DNA from: Aplysia californica
Taxonomy: Eukaryota
Direction of reading: 5' to 3'
Assembly: GCF_000002075.1 (NCBI RefSeq)
Contig: NW_004797684.1
Location: forward strand, 278,792-342,791
Length of the DNA stretch: 64,000 nt
Under the pieces are notes generated by a model, which saw nothing but the letters and a program-made list of their open reading frames with translations, was not told the DNA's origin and searched no databases. The position numbers were made by a program, and so were the translations under genes. Positions 24,501-39,500 of the stretch are shown one piece after another. The stretch's first letter is position 1. The number at the start of each line of letters is the position of its first letter.

Positions 24501-27500
24501 GAAACTTGTATTATTTGATGATTTACATCTCAATTTTTATCACTGTAAGGATTATTGTGTAAGAGACAAAAGGGATATACATATAAGTGTATGCCTTTGA
24601 AGTTATAATCTCTGATTGAATGGTTAGTTTGTCCCTAAGCTCAAGCAGTAAGACTAGAGTGCAAATTCATGGCCATATTCTAGGTGCATAGCTCTTTTTT
24701 ATTTAAGGAAATTTTTGTGGAACAGCTTCTCTTTGATTAAACGCAATTTGATTTGAACCGAAATTTTTAAATTTTGCTAGCATGCCCTGGTTTTTGTTCA
24801 ACACTTTTCACCATATTTTATCCCCCTCAGGTACCATTTCAATGACGCAGACGTGAAGCCTTTTGATCCAAGCAACATCCCTCATGAGGCTTTCGGGGGT
24901 GAAATGAATGTGAGTGTTATTGCTGTGAGATGTACTTCCATATACAGCTGTGACCACCTACAACCCCTGGCGTTAAAAACATCAAGAAAATTATCAGTAG
25001 TGGGTGAAGTTCCACCAATGGCTTTCCCCAATCTGTTTGGACGTCTAGATGCCATCGCTTTAACTGAGCTTGCAGTGTTACTGGAGTATTTTTATTCCTT
25101 TCTTCTCACCCTTTTTTCTTTTTCTATTTTGCTTTTTTTTTGGTATGTGTGTGGGGTGGGGAGGGTGCTGTCTTTATCCAGTTGACTGTGGGCTCAAGCT
25201 TTTTGGCCCAGCTCCTTGTTGAGAATGGACGGTTTTTAGAAGTGAAATCCTTTTTTTTAAAGTTTAATTTATGAATTGATAAGATTGTCTCTTTCAATTT
25301 GCATGAGTAAAATCTTATTCCTATTATTTTGTTTTTGTTTTTAAGTGTCATATATTGACAGTGTTATACTCTAACAATGATGTACTTGGGTGCGTTTTAC
25401 ATGATTTCATTTTTACAAATTAATAAAGAAAACTTTCCTTCCCCACCCCTATTTCTCTTTCCTGCCAGTTCCCTCTGCTGCAAGGCAAGCATTATGATAC
25501 AGTATCAGACAAGTATTTGGACTTCCCAATTGAGAAGGTGAGTAGCATTTTAAAATCTAGAGCAAACTTTAACTTGTTAACTGTATTTCCACATACTTTT
25601 ACAAATGCTTTGTTGTAGTTAATTTCTGTGGAAAAAATTGAAGTAGCTTGTGTTCTTTCTTTTTTCTCTCAAATTTAAGATTGTAGAGGATAGAACATGT
25701 ATATGTGTTGCGACATGATGGAATCAGGCGCTTGTAAATTTTTGGGCATTTGGGGTTATTGGTATCGTCTTAAAGCCTGTCTATTTATGGTGAATAGAAG
25801 TGGAAATATTTGCGATTGAAGGAGGTCAGGGCCGCCTGGTTTCAGAGGTAAAATTAGCGAGAAAATGGCCGCCAAAGTTAGTTAACTTCCATACCCTGAG
25901 AGTCCTTTGAAACTGGAAATTTACATTTTTTGTGCCTTTAATCAATGCTTTTCTGTAAAATCCACACAGAAATGTGTTTTTAAATGGACATAAATGGTGT
26001 TTACCCCCCCCCCAAAAAAAAGAAGACAATTGCCCATCGGACAAAAAAATGCCAATTTCTTTGATTTTATTATTTTGACAAGCGCCTGATTTCACCAAGC
26101 TGCTTTACTTATGTGTGCATATTCACCTATAGATCTGTTCCTGGCGAAATGTGGCATTTGTCATGGTAATTTGCTGTAAATAATCACCTGTCAACAAGTG
26201 AACCCAAACTTGGAATGTTTTTGTTTTTTTCCAGACCAACAGTGCTTACATGTTGTTTTATGAACGTGTGTCGCCCAACATGATTCAGGACACTCAGGAG
26301 TTCAACTTTGAATTGTCACCAGATTTGGCTGCTGTAAGTGTTTGCAATTTCCTCAATCTGACATGAGGCCTGTTTATTTATTTTTTTGTATTTCAATACC
26401 TCTTCTTTCCTCATGTTCTCATAGAATTAAAAAGAAAACTCACTAACATAGGTTTTCAGTCAAATTCAAGCTCTTAATTCCTGTTCCTTCTGTTGGTTGT
26501 TAACTCAAGGATGTTGATTACTGCTGCAACTTTTACTTCTTTCTGTAAATGTTCTAAACAGTGCTGAGTAATTTGCTAGTTCTTAAAACACCTTAGAATG
26601 CAGTATTATGTATGTGATTATTATTTTTTTCATGTGAACTGATAACGCATTCAGTCACATTGGCTATAGCTGACGATTTATCTCTGCTCCCATACCTTTC
26701 GTTATTTTGCAACAATTTTACCCCTACAAAATCTTGACAGAATGGGCAATCAGACAGTGTTTCCTTTTTTGTTATGGTTATAGGGTATGCAAACAGTCAT
26801 TGTTGTATCAATATGGGAGCGGAGAGAAATTAAAAGTATCAAAATATTCCTCCCCTTCGACAACATTATTCAATGGCTACTTCCTGTGCAGGTGGTATCA
26901 GTAGACTAGTGGTCAGGCTACCAGACTCGAATCAATAAGATTGCGGTTTTGAGGGTCTGATCATCAGATCAGTCCAACATTGTGTCCTTGGGAAAGGCAC
27001 TTTGCTCAAATTTTCCCTTTTGGCTCTGTCCTATCGAGGATGGACGTTTAATTTGTTGGTCCTGTCGTTTGAATAACCTTTCAGTGTTGCAAGGGGTGTT
27101 AAACCTTTACAATTTGGCACAATATTTTGTTCTATTTTTTTGTTTTGATTGTTTGATAATGCATGAATTTTTTTTTTCTTCCGTTCTCCCCTTCAGTGGA
27201 TCTGGAATGACAACACACAGTTCTTGAAGGACCGCAGCATCTTTGACCGCATGTATTTTGAGTAAGTCTTCAGCTTGTCATGATTGAACAGGGGAGCCTC
27301 TTTCAACCTTATTACCTTTTTAACTCACTTTTTGAGACTTCCAAGACCCATGCCTTTTGGCCTTGAGCCGCATTTTACGGCTTGACAAAATCCTTATTTC
27401 TTCTACCGCTAGAGTCTTCAGACTAACACATACCATTATTTTATGCTCAGATTACTTTTTTGTCTGAACTGTCTGATAGGACATTCCTTTCTTTGCATTT

Positions 27501-30500
27501 TGATATATGACACTTTGGAGTTTCTCTTATAAATAAAAAAAAGCTAATTATTTTTCATCTGAGTACAGTCAAATAGAAAAAAAATGGCTGTATAAATGGA
27601 CTGATAGGGAAAGATTTAAAGTGCAATTTGTATGGATTCCATGGATTTGTCGATGAGACACAGAGATGATAGTCTATGAAATAGGCCTGTCGTGTACTTT
27701 TTGTTTTGCTTGTATTTGTAAGTGGCACAAAATGTCCAGTGATCTGTTGTAAATGAGTAGCAAAATTTGATAATTTTGTTGTTGTAGTAATTTCAGTCCC
27801 CTGATTTAATTTTTGTCAAGCTTTGTGCTGTCTTTCTATTCTGTTTTGCGATTTTCCTTAAAATTGGGTAATGAGCTTGTTTGGGGTTTTTTTCATACCT
27901 TTTCTGTTTTCATGGCTTATTCTTAAAACACACGCACAAACACACACTCAAGACTTATTCATTTTATGTTTTATATGTGATAGCGATCTGTTTTATGGAA
28001 ATCGTCCCCATTCCTGGGTCGGTCCAGGAAACGATTTTATCAAGTTTCTCACTAAAATAGGAATGGCAGATACTGGGTTTTAGAAAAAGGCTCCTCACTA
28101 AATGTCGCCTTGTCTCTGCAGCCACATGTGGCAGATGTGTTCCCACCTCCCGAGCACCCTGACCGTGGACGTGAGTGACCGCGCCAATCACAAAGCCGTG
28201 GTTTTAGCCTCGTGCTTCCTACTCGAGTCTTTCATACACGCCAAGGAAAAGGTAAAAAGACCGTTTGTGCTTGTTCCATCGAGTCATCTGTTTTTCTGCT
28301 GCATTTTTCTTGTCTCGACCATTGTCTTGCGTGTGAAGAACGGGAAATGTTATGGGAATTGAATACATCAGTAGATTTTTTTTAAAGAGAAAGGCATTTT
28401 GTATACCATTTGGTGGTTGGAGAGTGTCACTGGTAGGACTTTTTTCTCTTCTTTCCCTCTGTTTGTCTTTCTTTTTTTTTCATCTTTGAAGAGTGTGCAA
28501 AGATCCCATGTGAGCATCTTTAAAGGCAAACACCACAAAAAAAGGTGTTCTCTTTGGAGATTTCAGCTTTCATTACTTGGTGATTACAACTCTTTATTTT
28601 TAATGCAATTGTATCTTTGCCATTTTTTAAATCAAATATTTGTTCGATTTTAAGATATTTTACAGAATAGAGGTAATATTTTAGTCTCTTCAGTTAAGCA
28701 TCTGGGAATGAAGACAGCGAGAAAGAGAGAGATTAAGTTTGAAATCATCATTCCTCCGCAGAATTCCATGCCCAAGTGGATTGACTATCTCATGAAGAAG
28801 TTCAACAGCTGCTTGGGCCCTTGTGAGGTAAATAGAAGTGCATGAGGTTATCTTTTCCGTACTTTTACTTCTCACTTTGTCAAGGTGTATGTCAGTTATT
28901 TTTATGTGTTTTATGTACATCTGAACAAGTGAGCTATTTTCGTTGTTTGTGTACTCTTATTTATTTTCTGTGTTACTCATTGTGAGCTTCTGATGTTGTT
29001 CTGACCTTGAATTTTGATTCAATTTCAGCTTGTCTATTATTGCTCCTTATTTCCTATGAAACATCTATCGTCCTTATCTTTCTTTCTTCTTTTTTATGTT
29101 TGATACTCTCTTGTAACACTTTCTGGCAATCATATGACCGTATTCAGTCGCGAGCGCCGCAAAACCTCTACTAAAAAAAAAGAATTAATGTTTTTGTCGT
29201 TGATAAACAATTTTATGGGTTTCCAGTAGTGTTCTGGCAGGTGGTTGGAGTCTGCGGATGATTGCTCGTACTGCTTTTCTTTCCCTAGATTATTTCTATC
29301 TGTCTGTCTTCTTACTCTTTCCTTGCACTAAATGGCTGTCTGTGTCAGTGCTCTGCTGTTTACCCATTCAGTTCAGTTCAGTATTGTCTTGTGTGTGTGT
29401 GTGTGCGTGCGTGCATGTGTGTGTGTGTGTGTGTGGGGGGTTCGTGCTTTTTTCTTTCTTTCTTTTGATTCTGCCTTTTTAAATATTTGTTCCTCTACAC
29501 AAAAATGATAGTTATTGTGTTGATGTGCTTCTTTTCAACCAAATTCAAGATGTATCTGTTTGTGTGTGTGTGTTTCAGTGGCTGTTGGAGCACATGGCGG
29601 GCCAGGACTGGTGGCTGCAGCACATCCTCATCAAGTGTCCCAACTCCGTCATCCGGCAGATGTTCCAGAGGCTTCTCATCATGATGATCACTCAGCTAAG
29701 CAAGGCCAGCACCCAGTACATACTGCTCAGGTAATTTTTGCCTCACCATGTATTTCTGTATATCTAAGGTCTAAGGTGTCTCGTGAAGTGATTTGGCGTG
29801 AGTGGTTGGTGGGGGCTCTTAATGTGATTTGCTCTTTCTCTCCCATCAAACATTAATTGTCCTGTCTCTCTTCCTTCTTTTTTGTTTTTTGCTCTCTTGT
29901 AACTTCTCTAATTGTTGACACTTATATGACTTAATTTTGTTTCAAGTGCCGTAAATGTCTTACCAAGTGAGCGGTTGGTGGGTGCTCTGGTGTGTAACTC
30001 CTTCTTTCCTATCAAACATCCATCGTTCTTATCTTTCCTCTATCTTTTTTGTGTATGTTACTCTCTTTTAACACTAATCTTCAGCGCTTATATGACCTTA
30101 CTGTGTTGCAAGTGCTGTAAAACTCTTACCAAAACAAAACAAAGTAACAACTCGTTCAATTTCTTTTCTTTCCAAGAAATTCTCAGCAAGTACCTAAGAA
30201 ACCACATTTCTGTTGCTTCTCATTTATTTTCACTGCCTTTAATAGTTATTCAGCATTCACAGTAATATAGATGGGCTGACCACACTTAACATTTTAGAAC
30301 TTTCATTTTGGTAGTCATTGAGATGTTTCTGGTTTTCAGGATTGGGCTTATTTTAAACACATTACACCCTAACTCGCCCGGGACTGCCCGGGAATTCCCT
30401 TACGCGCTCCACCCTGACTCGACCGGAACCGCCCGCGCCGACCAAGCGTCTTTAGAAACGAAGTCTCGCCTTGTCTGGGGCCGAGATTTTGATTTGCATA

Positions 30501-33500
30501 GTTATTGCAGAAAGTTTATTCTTTCGTTTGATACCGAAACGAAATTTTTCGGGCCAGTAGTTTTAGTATAAGAGCTGATTGAAGTGCGATCGCGTTACCG
30601 ACACTTCTAAAGTGTCTCGACTTGTTGAAAAGCGACACAATTGAGTTCGAAAACGGAAATAACGATGGATTTGAGCAAAAACAAGCCCAGATTTTGATGT
30701 AAACGAGTTTGGGGTGATTCAGATTGATCGGACGTAGAAAATCTAGAATTTAGATCTAGGGCCCGACCGCGAGGCTGAGAGTGAAAGAGACAGGTCGGAC
30801 ACCCCGATTGAACTCAAGTTAGAACATTTCCAACAGTTTGCGTGTGCTTAAAGTTATATTTTTCTGAAACTACATTCAGTTTTCTTTTTAACTTTTACTT
30901 TTTCAAGGTTTTTGGAATTTGTTTAGTATTTTTAAAATGTGTTTTTTAAACGCTTGTATTCACGGGAGGTGGGTTCTTTCCCCTTGCTTAGGATCTAACG
31001 ATGAACTTCCTGTCCAGACCCTTAGGGTGTAATGTGTTAATGAAACTGTTCAGCCATCGCAATTTTTCATTTTATATCTGTGAAATATTTGGCACAGATG
31101 TAATTATATATCCTTATGTTGTTTCTGTCTATATATCTTGCTTTTTCCCAGCATTTCATGATGGTAGACTGGTGATAAATGTATCATTTATTTCTTGCTG
31201 ACAAATCTGTTTCTTTGGAACTCCTTTCAGCCCTGGCCTGGATACAGCGGAGACCTGTGGTCACAGCTGCCTGACCAGATTCATCACCAAATTGTTATCA
31301 AATGTAAGTACATAGTCAGTAAAAGGTTTTCTCTTGGCTCACTGGAGAGTGTTACTGGTGGTTGGCTCTAATTTTTTTGTCTATCATGCTTCTTTTATTG
31401 CAAACAGATAGTTAACTTAACGGTGGGAGGTTGTATTTGTGTGTGATGTAATGGGAAGATTAGAAGAAAGTTTTGAGAAAGAGACAACTATGACAAAAAT
31501 TGTTGACAACCTCTGAAATCCAAAGTCTACTTAATGCTATACTGACCTATTGCCTCTTTCCCAAGACATTGAAATGTACTACTCCATAAGGGAATGCCAT
31601 CTATATAAAAAGTTTTTGTGGTTTGTACAGCAAAAGGGTTCTGCTCACAGAGCAAGACCGTCTGATAAAACGTCTGCACAAAGTGCTAAAAAAATGGACA
31701 GATTGTTTTCACTTCATTGTAGGAAATCATACACAGTGCCTTGGGGGGTTTTTGTTGTTGTTTGTTTGTTGTTTTTTTTGGTTGGTTTGGGGTTTTTTTA
31801 AAGATCAATTTTTCTTTTTTCATGTGCAGTTGGAGTGTGGCATGCGTCCAACCAACAAGTTCATCAGTGACTACTTCACGTTCCTGTTTGAGTTTGCCAA
31901 GCTGCAGGACTCCACTGCAAACTTCCCCACGGCAGCCTTCCTGAACTCCATCAACACCATCAGTATGCTGGTCCGCTTCTACATGGGAGGCCAGGCTGAC
32001 TATGTGAGTTGGACATGTGTACATGGGAGAGAGGGAAGGGAGGAAAAAGAGGAATAGGGAGAGAGGGAGAGTGTGTTGAACATGTGGGCATGCATGAGAG
32101 AGAGAGAGAGAGAGAGTTGGGGCTGTGGGGAGGGAAGGGGGGGAGGACAGAGAGAGAAAGTTATTTGTGCGTAGTGTAGTGGGAAGAAAAGAATAGTTTT
32201 GAGAAAGAGAGGGCCTTGACAAAAATTGTTGGCAGCCTGCAGAAACCACCAAAGTGTGGAAGAAAAAGAGGGAGATTGCACTAACAACCTCATGAAGAGC
32301 CGCTGTAAAGAAGGGATGTGGAAAAGAAAAGTGTTAACTTTTGGCTGAGGAGTCAGCATTGGTGAAAAAAGGAGACCAGTGGAAGAGGAGTAGGTAGAGT
32401 GAGAAAGCCTGATGTAAATGCTGGTAAAACTAATAGTGTGGCACACAGCTCTTGGCGCTTTATATAAATCCAAGTACAAAAAGCAGTAACTGTGAACAAA
32501 TTAATATTTGCTTATATATGCATACACAGAAAAAAATGACACACACTTGCTCGCGCATTCTGACACACACAAATGCACATGCATTCTCTCTCACACACAC
32601 ACGCACGCATGTACACTCAACCACACCCACCTTCTAAATGCCCCTAATACTGTGTATTGCTTTATCTTCACAAGGTGGAAATCCTGTCGGACGAAGATGA
32701 GGAGGAAGTCCTTTCCATGTCTCCAGACGAGGTGCGGCCGGTGGCCTTGAGCAAGCTGATTTCTCTTGTGGCATACTTGGTGGAGACGTCACGAGACGGT
32801 CACGTCTTGCAGCTCAGTGACTCTGACATGAACTACTTGATACGTGGCAGAGTGAGTTGTGTTTTTGCGACTGTCGGGGTTTGGGAGTGTTGGAAATTGC
32901 ACTGTGAATTCTTTTTTTTTTTTTTTTGTTAAGGGTGTTTATGGGTGGTTAACAAGTGCTCAGGTGTGGTTTACTCCTTTTTTTTTACTATCAAGCATCG
33001 ATCGTCCTTTTCTCTCCTTTTTTTATATTATAAAATGTCTTAATTTTCAGCCCTTACATGACCTAATTGTGTTACTGCAAGTGCTTTGAAACGCTTACTA
33101 AAAACAATTAAGTATTATTTTTGTTAGTATTGTTTTGACTTTCCTCGTGTGTCATACATTTTCTCTTCTCATCATATCTTATATTTTTCTCCTCTCATCA
33201 TATCTTATTTTTTTCTTATCTTGTCTATCTCTTCTAGTCATGCCTTATCTTTGCTGATTTTGTATTGTCTTATCCATTCAATTCATTTACCTTTTTTCAA
33301 GTTGTCATGTCTTATCTCTTCCAGTCATGTCTTAGCATCGCTCGCATTGTTGTATTTGATCCCTTCCAATTGTGTCTTATCTTTTTGCACACTGTCTTTT
33401 AATCATGCCCTATCTTTTCCTGGTGGGTGGTTGGTGAGTGCTCTGGTGTTGTTTACTCTTTTTTTCCTATCAAACTTATCTTCCCTCCTTTTGGTGTTTG

Positions 33501-36500
33501 TTACTCTCTAATCTTCGACACAATTTTATGACCTTATTGTGTTGCAAGTGCCGTAAAACTCTTACTAAAACAAAATCTGTTCCTGAATTGTCTTAACACT
33601 TTGAACCCTGCCCTGCCCCCTTGAGCCTACAGGACTGTTACACCTGAGTTTCATGGATGGTTGTGTGTGTGGAAGGGTAAAGGAAGCAGGCACAGAGGCA
33701 TGCACTTCCTTCAGTGTTTTCTTTGTGTGGCCATTTCATTGCATTATATTGTTCTGGTCAAATCCTAGTGCTTCCTAGTGAGTTGTTGGCGGGTGCTCTG
33801 GTGAGGTTTGCTCCTTCTTTCCTATCAAACATCTATTGTTGTTTTCTGTCCTCCTCTTTTTTTGTTGTTGTTGTGTGTTTGTTACTCTCTTACGCACCTC
33901 TAATCTTCTGCACTTACGTGACCTATTTATGTTGTAAGTGCCATAAAACTATTACTGAAACAAAAATAAATGATGTGTCCTGAGCAGCTGTATGGTATTT
34001 TAACTATGACGTTGTCCTCTGCAGGGCCACCCGTTCCTGATGTACCAAGTGCGAGATAACATCAACATTGAGCACACGTGCAACCTCATCGTCAGCCTGT
34101 GCATGTTCAATGAACCTCTGGCAGTTTCTGTGAGTTGTCTTTAGTTTTTCTCTACAAACACAATGCATTTGTAAGAATTTCCTGTCAGTCAGTTTTCCCT
34201 AAACCTGTCTGATGAGAGGCATGCTCTCTTCAACACCCGCCCTTAACGATTTTATTTATAATACATTTGCTGAAGTTTTCTCTAAACCCAAAATTTCTTT
34301 AATACTTTCCTCACCATACTCTTTTTTCCTTAAAAATTTGCCCTTGGCGAAAGAAAAATGCTTGGTTTACTTTGAATTGAGATGCTTGTGTTTCGTTACT
34401 ATAGCTCAATACCTTTTCATCTCCTGATCTACTTAGTTGATTCCTTTAGGCTTTTTTAGGTATTCTTTCTGGTCTAGTCTTGGTCTTCTCACTTCTTTGT
34501 GGCCTGTTCATTTTCATTTATTGCAAAATGTTTCTTTTATAGTATTATAACTAATAATATCAAGTGAGATTCTTCATTTTATTTCTGATTGAGAGCTGCA
34601 CTACTTACCTTGCTTTTACTGTTTCAGTGTGCTGTAACATGGTTTTAATGTTGTTTTCCCTTCTCTGTCTTCAGATTGTTACAACGATCTTCAACAACAT
34701 CAAGAAACTTGGTGATGTGAGTTCTCCACTGTCAAGTTTCTTCTTATTTATGGTCTACAAAATTGAGGCTTTGCGTTTTATTAAAGCAAATAGAGCTGAG
34801 TGTAATGCTTAGATTCAATTTCTTTCTACTATGTTAACCCTTGTCCTGCGGGGGCCGGGTTTATGTCGCCCGATAAGCCTATTTCGGCACCTCGCCTACG
34901 TTCTGGTCCCGAGTCAGTCTAGCCCCTGGCTCAGGGCACGCGCACCGCGCATCATCTTATGTGAAATTCAGGTCCCGAGTCTGATCCCCATTCACGCAGG
35001 TCAAGTGTGTGTGCGTCAGTCTGCTTGAGTTTGTGTGCGTTTGTGGCCTTCTTCTAGAACCGCCTGCGTTAATTCGTAATCGAGGCATGCGTCTCATTCA
35101 AAACACGCCAAGTTGGTAGCACTAGATGTTTGTCCATTGACCCACTTAGACATGAGGAGCTCGAAAGGATAGTCAGGAAACAAGACATCCATTTTTCTAT
35201 ACAAAATCTTTCAAATGAGCTTGATTTTGTATGAAATGATACTACCTGATAAAAAATAAGCTTGTTTGATACTTTTTGAATACCATTGTGCTGGTACAAA
35301 GAACAATTTGAGTGCAAAACATTCGGAAATTGACCTATATTATCCTCTTTCGAACCTCAGGTCATTCATAACAACAAGAGCGTCTAGAAAGGTTATTCGA
35401 ATGGGCGTAACTACTCGTAATGTCTTAACAGCTTGTGAGAGGGGGTTATTAATGTGTTTGTAACACTTTATTAATAGAAAGCTATGAAAGATAGAGCGTT
35501 ATTTTCATAATCGATTAACACACTCCCACGGTATTTATGGCGAAAACACACGTTTCCCGACACGCGCGCTGTACAACAACAGTACACACTGAGTGACCCC
35601 GGCGGCTTGCCCGGAACGTCCGACGTAATCGGTTGCTGATAAGATTCGCATCTCAGCACAGACGCAGGACAAGAGTTAATAAAGAAAAAAAAAGTAAAAA
35701 ATGTTCTCCTTGGATACATATTTCAGGCTGGTGTTGATAGATTTCTGTACAAGCCTCCTCTTTTTCCGTTGTTTTGTAGAGATTTTTTTTAATGAGCAGA
35801 TATTGTATTTTTGGAAGATTTTTGTAAACACTAGTAGAAAAATACATTTAAAAAGTTATTTAAAGAGATCAATATTTTTGGTTACCACAGTATTTCTGAC
35901 AAAAACGTCGGGAAAAACCGATTTTGTAAGAAGCAGAAGTTTGCATTTGAAGGGCTGTAGGGTCCTTGTTCATTTTATCGAATGACTGTTTTGTTTCAAC
36001 CAGATTTAATTTTTTTTCCCCTCAGCTGGCAAAACCTTTCTTTGACCTTTTGACCTTGCTGACGGAGTTCTCTGGTCGCTTGCCTGGTCAACCATCCTTC
36101 ACCCAGCTCATTGTATCCAGACTGTGGGAGGTAATGCTTCAGCCAGTGACAGTGGAGCATGCCTTGTGTCACTCTTATATCAAAAGTTGTACATATGCAG
36201 ACCTACATTGTAAAATATCATCATGTTTCTCAATCAATGGAAAATCTCTTGTGTCATCCCATCTAAATTCGCTGCAAAACAAAATCAGCTGAAAATGTTT
36301 AATGTGTCTCACTCACTCTTATGACCTTATGCAGTTGCGAGCACTGTAAAACCCTCTACTAAATAAAAAATAAAAACATCCTGTTCTCTTCTGTGCTCCT
36401 TTATTTTTCCCCCTTTCTCTTGACTCTCTAATTGAAAAAAGCAGTTTGTGTATTTGTTTGTTTGTTGTAATTCTCTCCCTCACCCTGCCCGTTCCCTATA

Positions 36501-39500
36501 TAATAGGAAAAAATGTAATTAGTATAATGCAGTCTTAGCTAACGTAAATGTGTTTGAAAAGTGAAAAAAAATAATTCTTTTTAACAGTAGGATTCAACTC
36601 CTTGGGTAGGCCTTATGTCCCCTCCACAGGATATCTCACCTTTATTCCTTTTATGCTATCATAGACTTCATTTGCTTGTATTGATATTTTTTGCTGCTAG
36701 TACCGATATTATTCGCTGACAATGATGATTTATCTGCTGTGTCTTTAGAGCGGATCATGAGGATGAGCAAAATATCCACTTCAACCGGGGCCTCCTGCCC
36801 GCGTACTACGGCCTGCTCCGGATGGCCTGTGAATATTCCACGGCCTTCATGCGCCAGCTGGCTGGTCACCAGAACCTACAATGGGCTTTCAAGAACGTCT
36901 TACCGTACCCGCATCAGTATTTGGAGGTAAGGACTCTTGCGAAGGAGTTTTCTTACTCTTTTCCCTGCATGTTAAATTTTCTGGCCGACCATAATGAGTG
37001 ATAAATTTTCTAGTCTGTTACCATGAAATGCTTGCTCTATTTGTTGGTTAAAAAAAAAGATTCAGTCTTCAAAAAGTTTTTATTGTTGATTTCATTTTGT
37101 TTGTTTGTTGTTGTTTTTTGCTATGTTTTGATTTTCAATGTCATATTAGATTGGGCATGTGTACGACAAAACTGAGGCTTCATTGCAGGTTGTTGGAGGG
37201 TGCTGCTGGTTGTGCCTACTATTATACTATCCTTTTGTTGTGTTGTTCCTTTCATGCTTTTTTCCAGCTCAAATGACCTTTGTTGTGTCCATGTGCTTTT
37301 CTTTACAAAGAAGAAAAAATGACTGGTGTCTGTAAATATTTTTTACTGTTGTTATTTTTCCAGTAGTTGCTGAGCTCATGCCCTTCTGCTTAAAGCAGTC
37401 CACCTCGTAAATGATTTTAATTATGTCAAGGGAGTTGTAAAAGAGGAGAATGTTTGCGAGTGTTCTAGGGTCTGATGGGGGTAATAATTGTTGTAAAGCA
37501 CATAGAGCTTGCTGTTGAGCAGGGGAATATGCACTATATAAATGTAAGTATTGTTATCATTATTCTTATTATTACAAGACTAATACTTATAATATTTCCT
37601 CTGTTCCCCCAGGCGACAGAGGAGTTGATGTGCATGATGAAGATGATGGCGGATCGCAAGCCAGAGCACTGTGCCGAGGAGGCCGCAGCAGTTGAGAACT
37701 TCCGCAAGACAATTCTGACGGTGTGCACCACGGGGCTAGACCCAAGGGTCATGTGGCAGACTCTGTGCTCGTGAGTAGTCAGTTATGTCGTATGCGTGTG
37801 TATGTGTGTGATTTCTTCATTCACTTAAAAAAATCTTTTATTTCTTCACAGCTATTGCTTTTTTCTCTTGGTTTTATGTAAAGCGTCTAGAGCTGTGTGT
37901 ACATGGGAGTAGGGGCTATGAAAATTATCGCTTTTAAGGACAAGCGGGCTAACCCAGATTTCGGGGGTTTCCAGAAATCTTGACCTACACCAAAAGTGGG
38001 CACTGCCCTACCTATAGGAGAAGTTTGGTTTCATTGGTATGTATTTGTTTGGTTATAGAGAAAGCTCTCCTCGTCTTTTAAAGAGACTGAATAAGGATCC
38101 AAAAACTTAAACTTCGAATTTCTCAAAACAGCATTTATCGGGATAGCCCCCTTGTGCTTAAAACCGACCAAATGATCTTCAATATTATATTTCAGAGACG
38201 GGTTGGGGAGTTTTCAAGGTTCTTTGATACTTTCTCTGGCCTTTGGCAGATGACATATGCTATGACTTAGATGCTTCTTTGTATAATCAAGACCAATCAT
38301 ATATTGCACCTTTGTGTGTTTTCTTTCGGCATCTACAAAGTGTTGGGGATTATTTGCTGATAAGTGTCCTGTATTAGTCTTGAAGAGATTCCCAAAGGAT
38401 TTTTTTTTTACTGACAGGTTTTAAGGCTCTTTAACACCAGCTCAGTCTAATGGAAGTTGTACTTAAAGTGAGGTGTTTCCTTAGTAGATAATCAACCTGT
38501 GTTTAAATGAGTGTAGAACTGTATCAATGTCAAATATTTACAATATTGTGTATTTTGTTTCAGCATTTACAAAGTTCTGGTGGAGACTCCAGAGGATCAC
38601 CTGAGTCTGCTCTACCAAAACGGACTGTCTGTGTTGAGTCAGGTGAGTCTTTGCTTCAACGGACTCAGTTGTTTTTAGTTTTGTCCTTGCTGTTGCTGTT
38701 GTGTGTGTGTGATAGCATATCCTTCCGCATTGTTTGGAGTCCTGAAGAGCATGTTCTTCACCAGAGCCACTGCCTTTCTTGTTGCTGTTGTTGTTGTGGA
38801 TACCTGTTTTCTTTCCCATTGTTGCTTCCATCTGTTTGTCTGTCTTTACTCTATCTCTTCACTAGATATTAACTATTGTTTGTGGGTGGTTGGCGGGTGC
38901 TCTGGTGTGGTTTGCTCCTTCTTTCCTATCAAACATCTATCGTCCTTATCTCCCCTCCTTCTTTTTTATGTNNNNNNNNNNNNNNNNNNNNNNNNNNNNN
39001 NNNNNNNNNNNNNNNNNNNNNNNNNNNNNNNNNNNNNNNNNNNNNNNNNNNNNNNNNNNNNNNNNNNNNNNCAGGAATCATGAAAAGCAAAAAAAATTGT
39101 AAGCCTTGACCATAGCAGTTAACTGCATTTTGTTGATATTGAAAGTTTGATCTTCGATAGAGCTCTTGGAGGGTGTAAAATTCTAAAAATCTCAAAATTT
39201 GGACTCAAGTGGATTGTTTTCGACAGCGACAATATAACAAATTCACCTCATATTCTTTCACACACGATAGCTTGTTCAAATCATCTCAATCATCATTCAT
39301 CTAATTCACTTTTGATTTTGTCCTACCGATCCACTTACTTAATTCTCTTGTATTGTTCATCTTCTTCATTGTAAAATGTCTTGTATGTGTACAACCAGTT
39401 CTTTTAAATTCTTGAGAATCATTAATGTAATTCACCTAACTAGTGTCCTTCCAGTCTGGAGACACTGGCAAAATGCATTTTTAAAGAATCAGACTTTAAA

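Noticed and set aside
34205-34235. Hammerhead at CTGATGAGAGGCATGCTCTC
   Set aside because: No GAAA box follows the stem.
36691-36930. Overlapping alternative-frame ORF across exon 45'/45
   Set aside because: A shifted frame of a GC-rich exon; splicing onward stops within a few codons.
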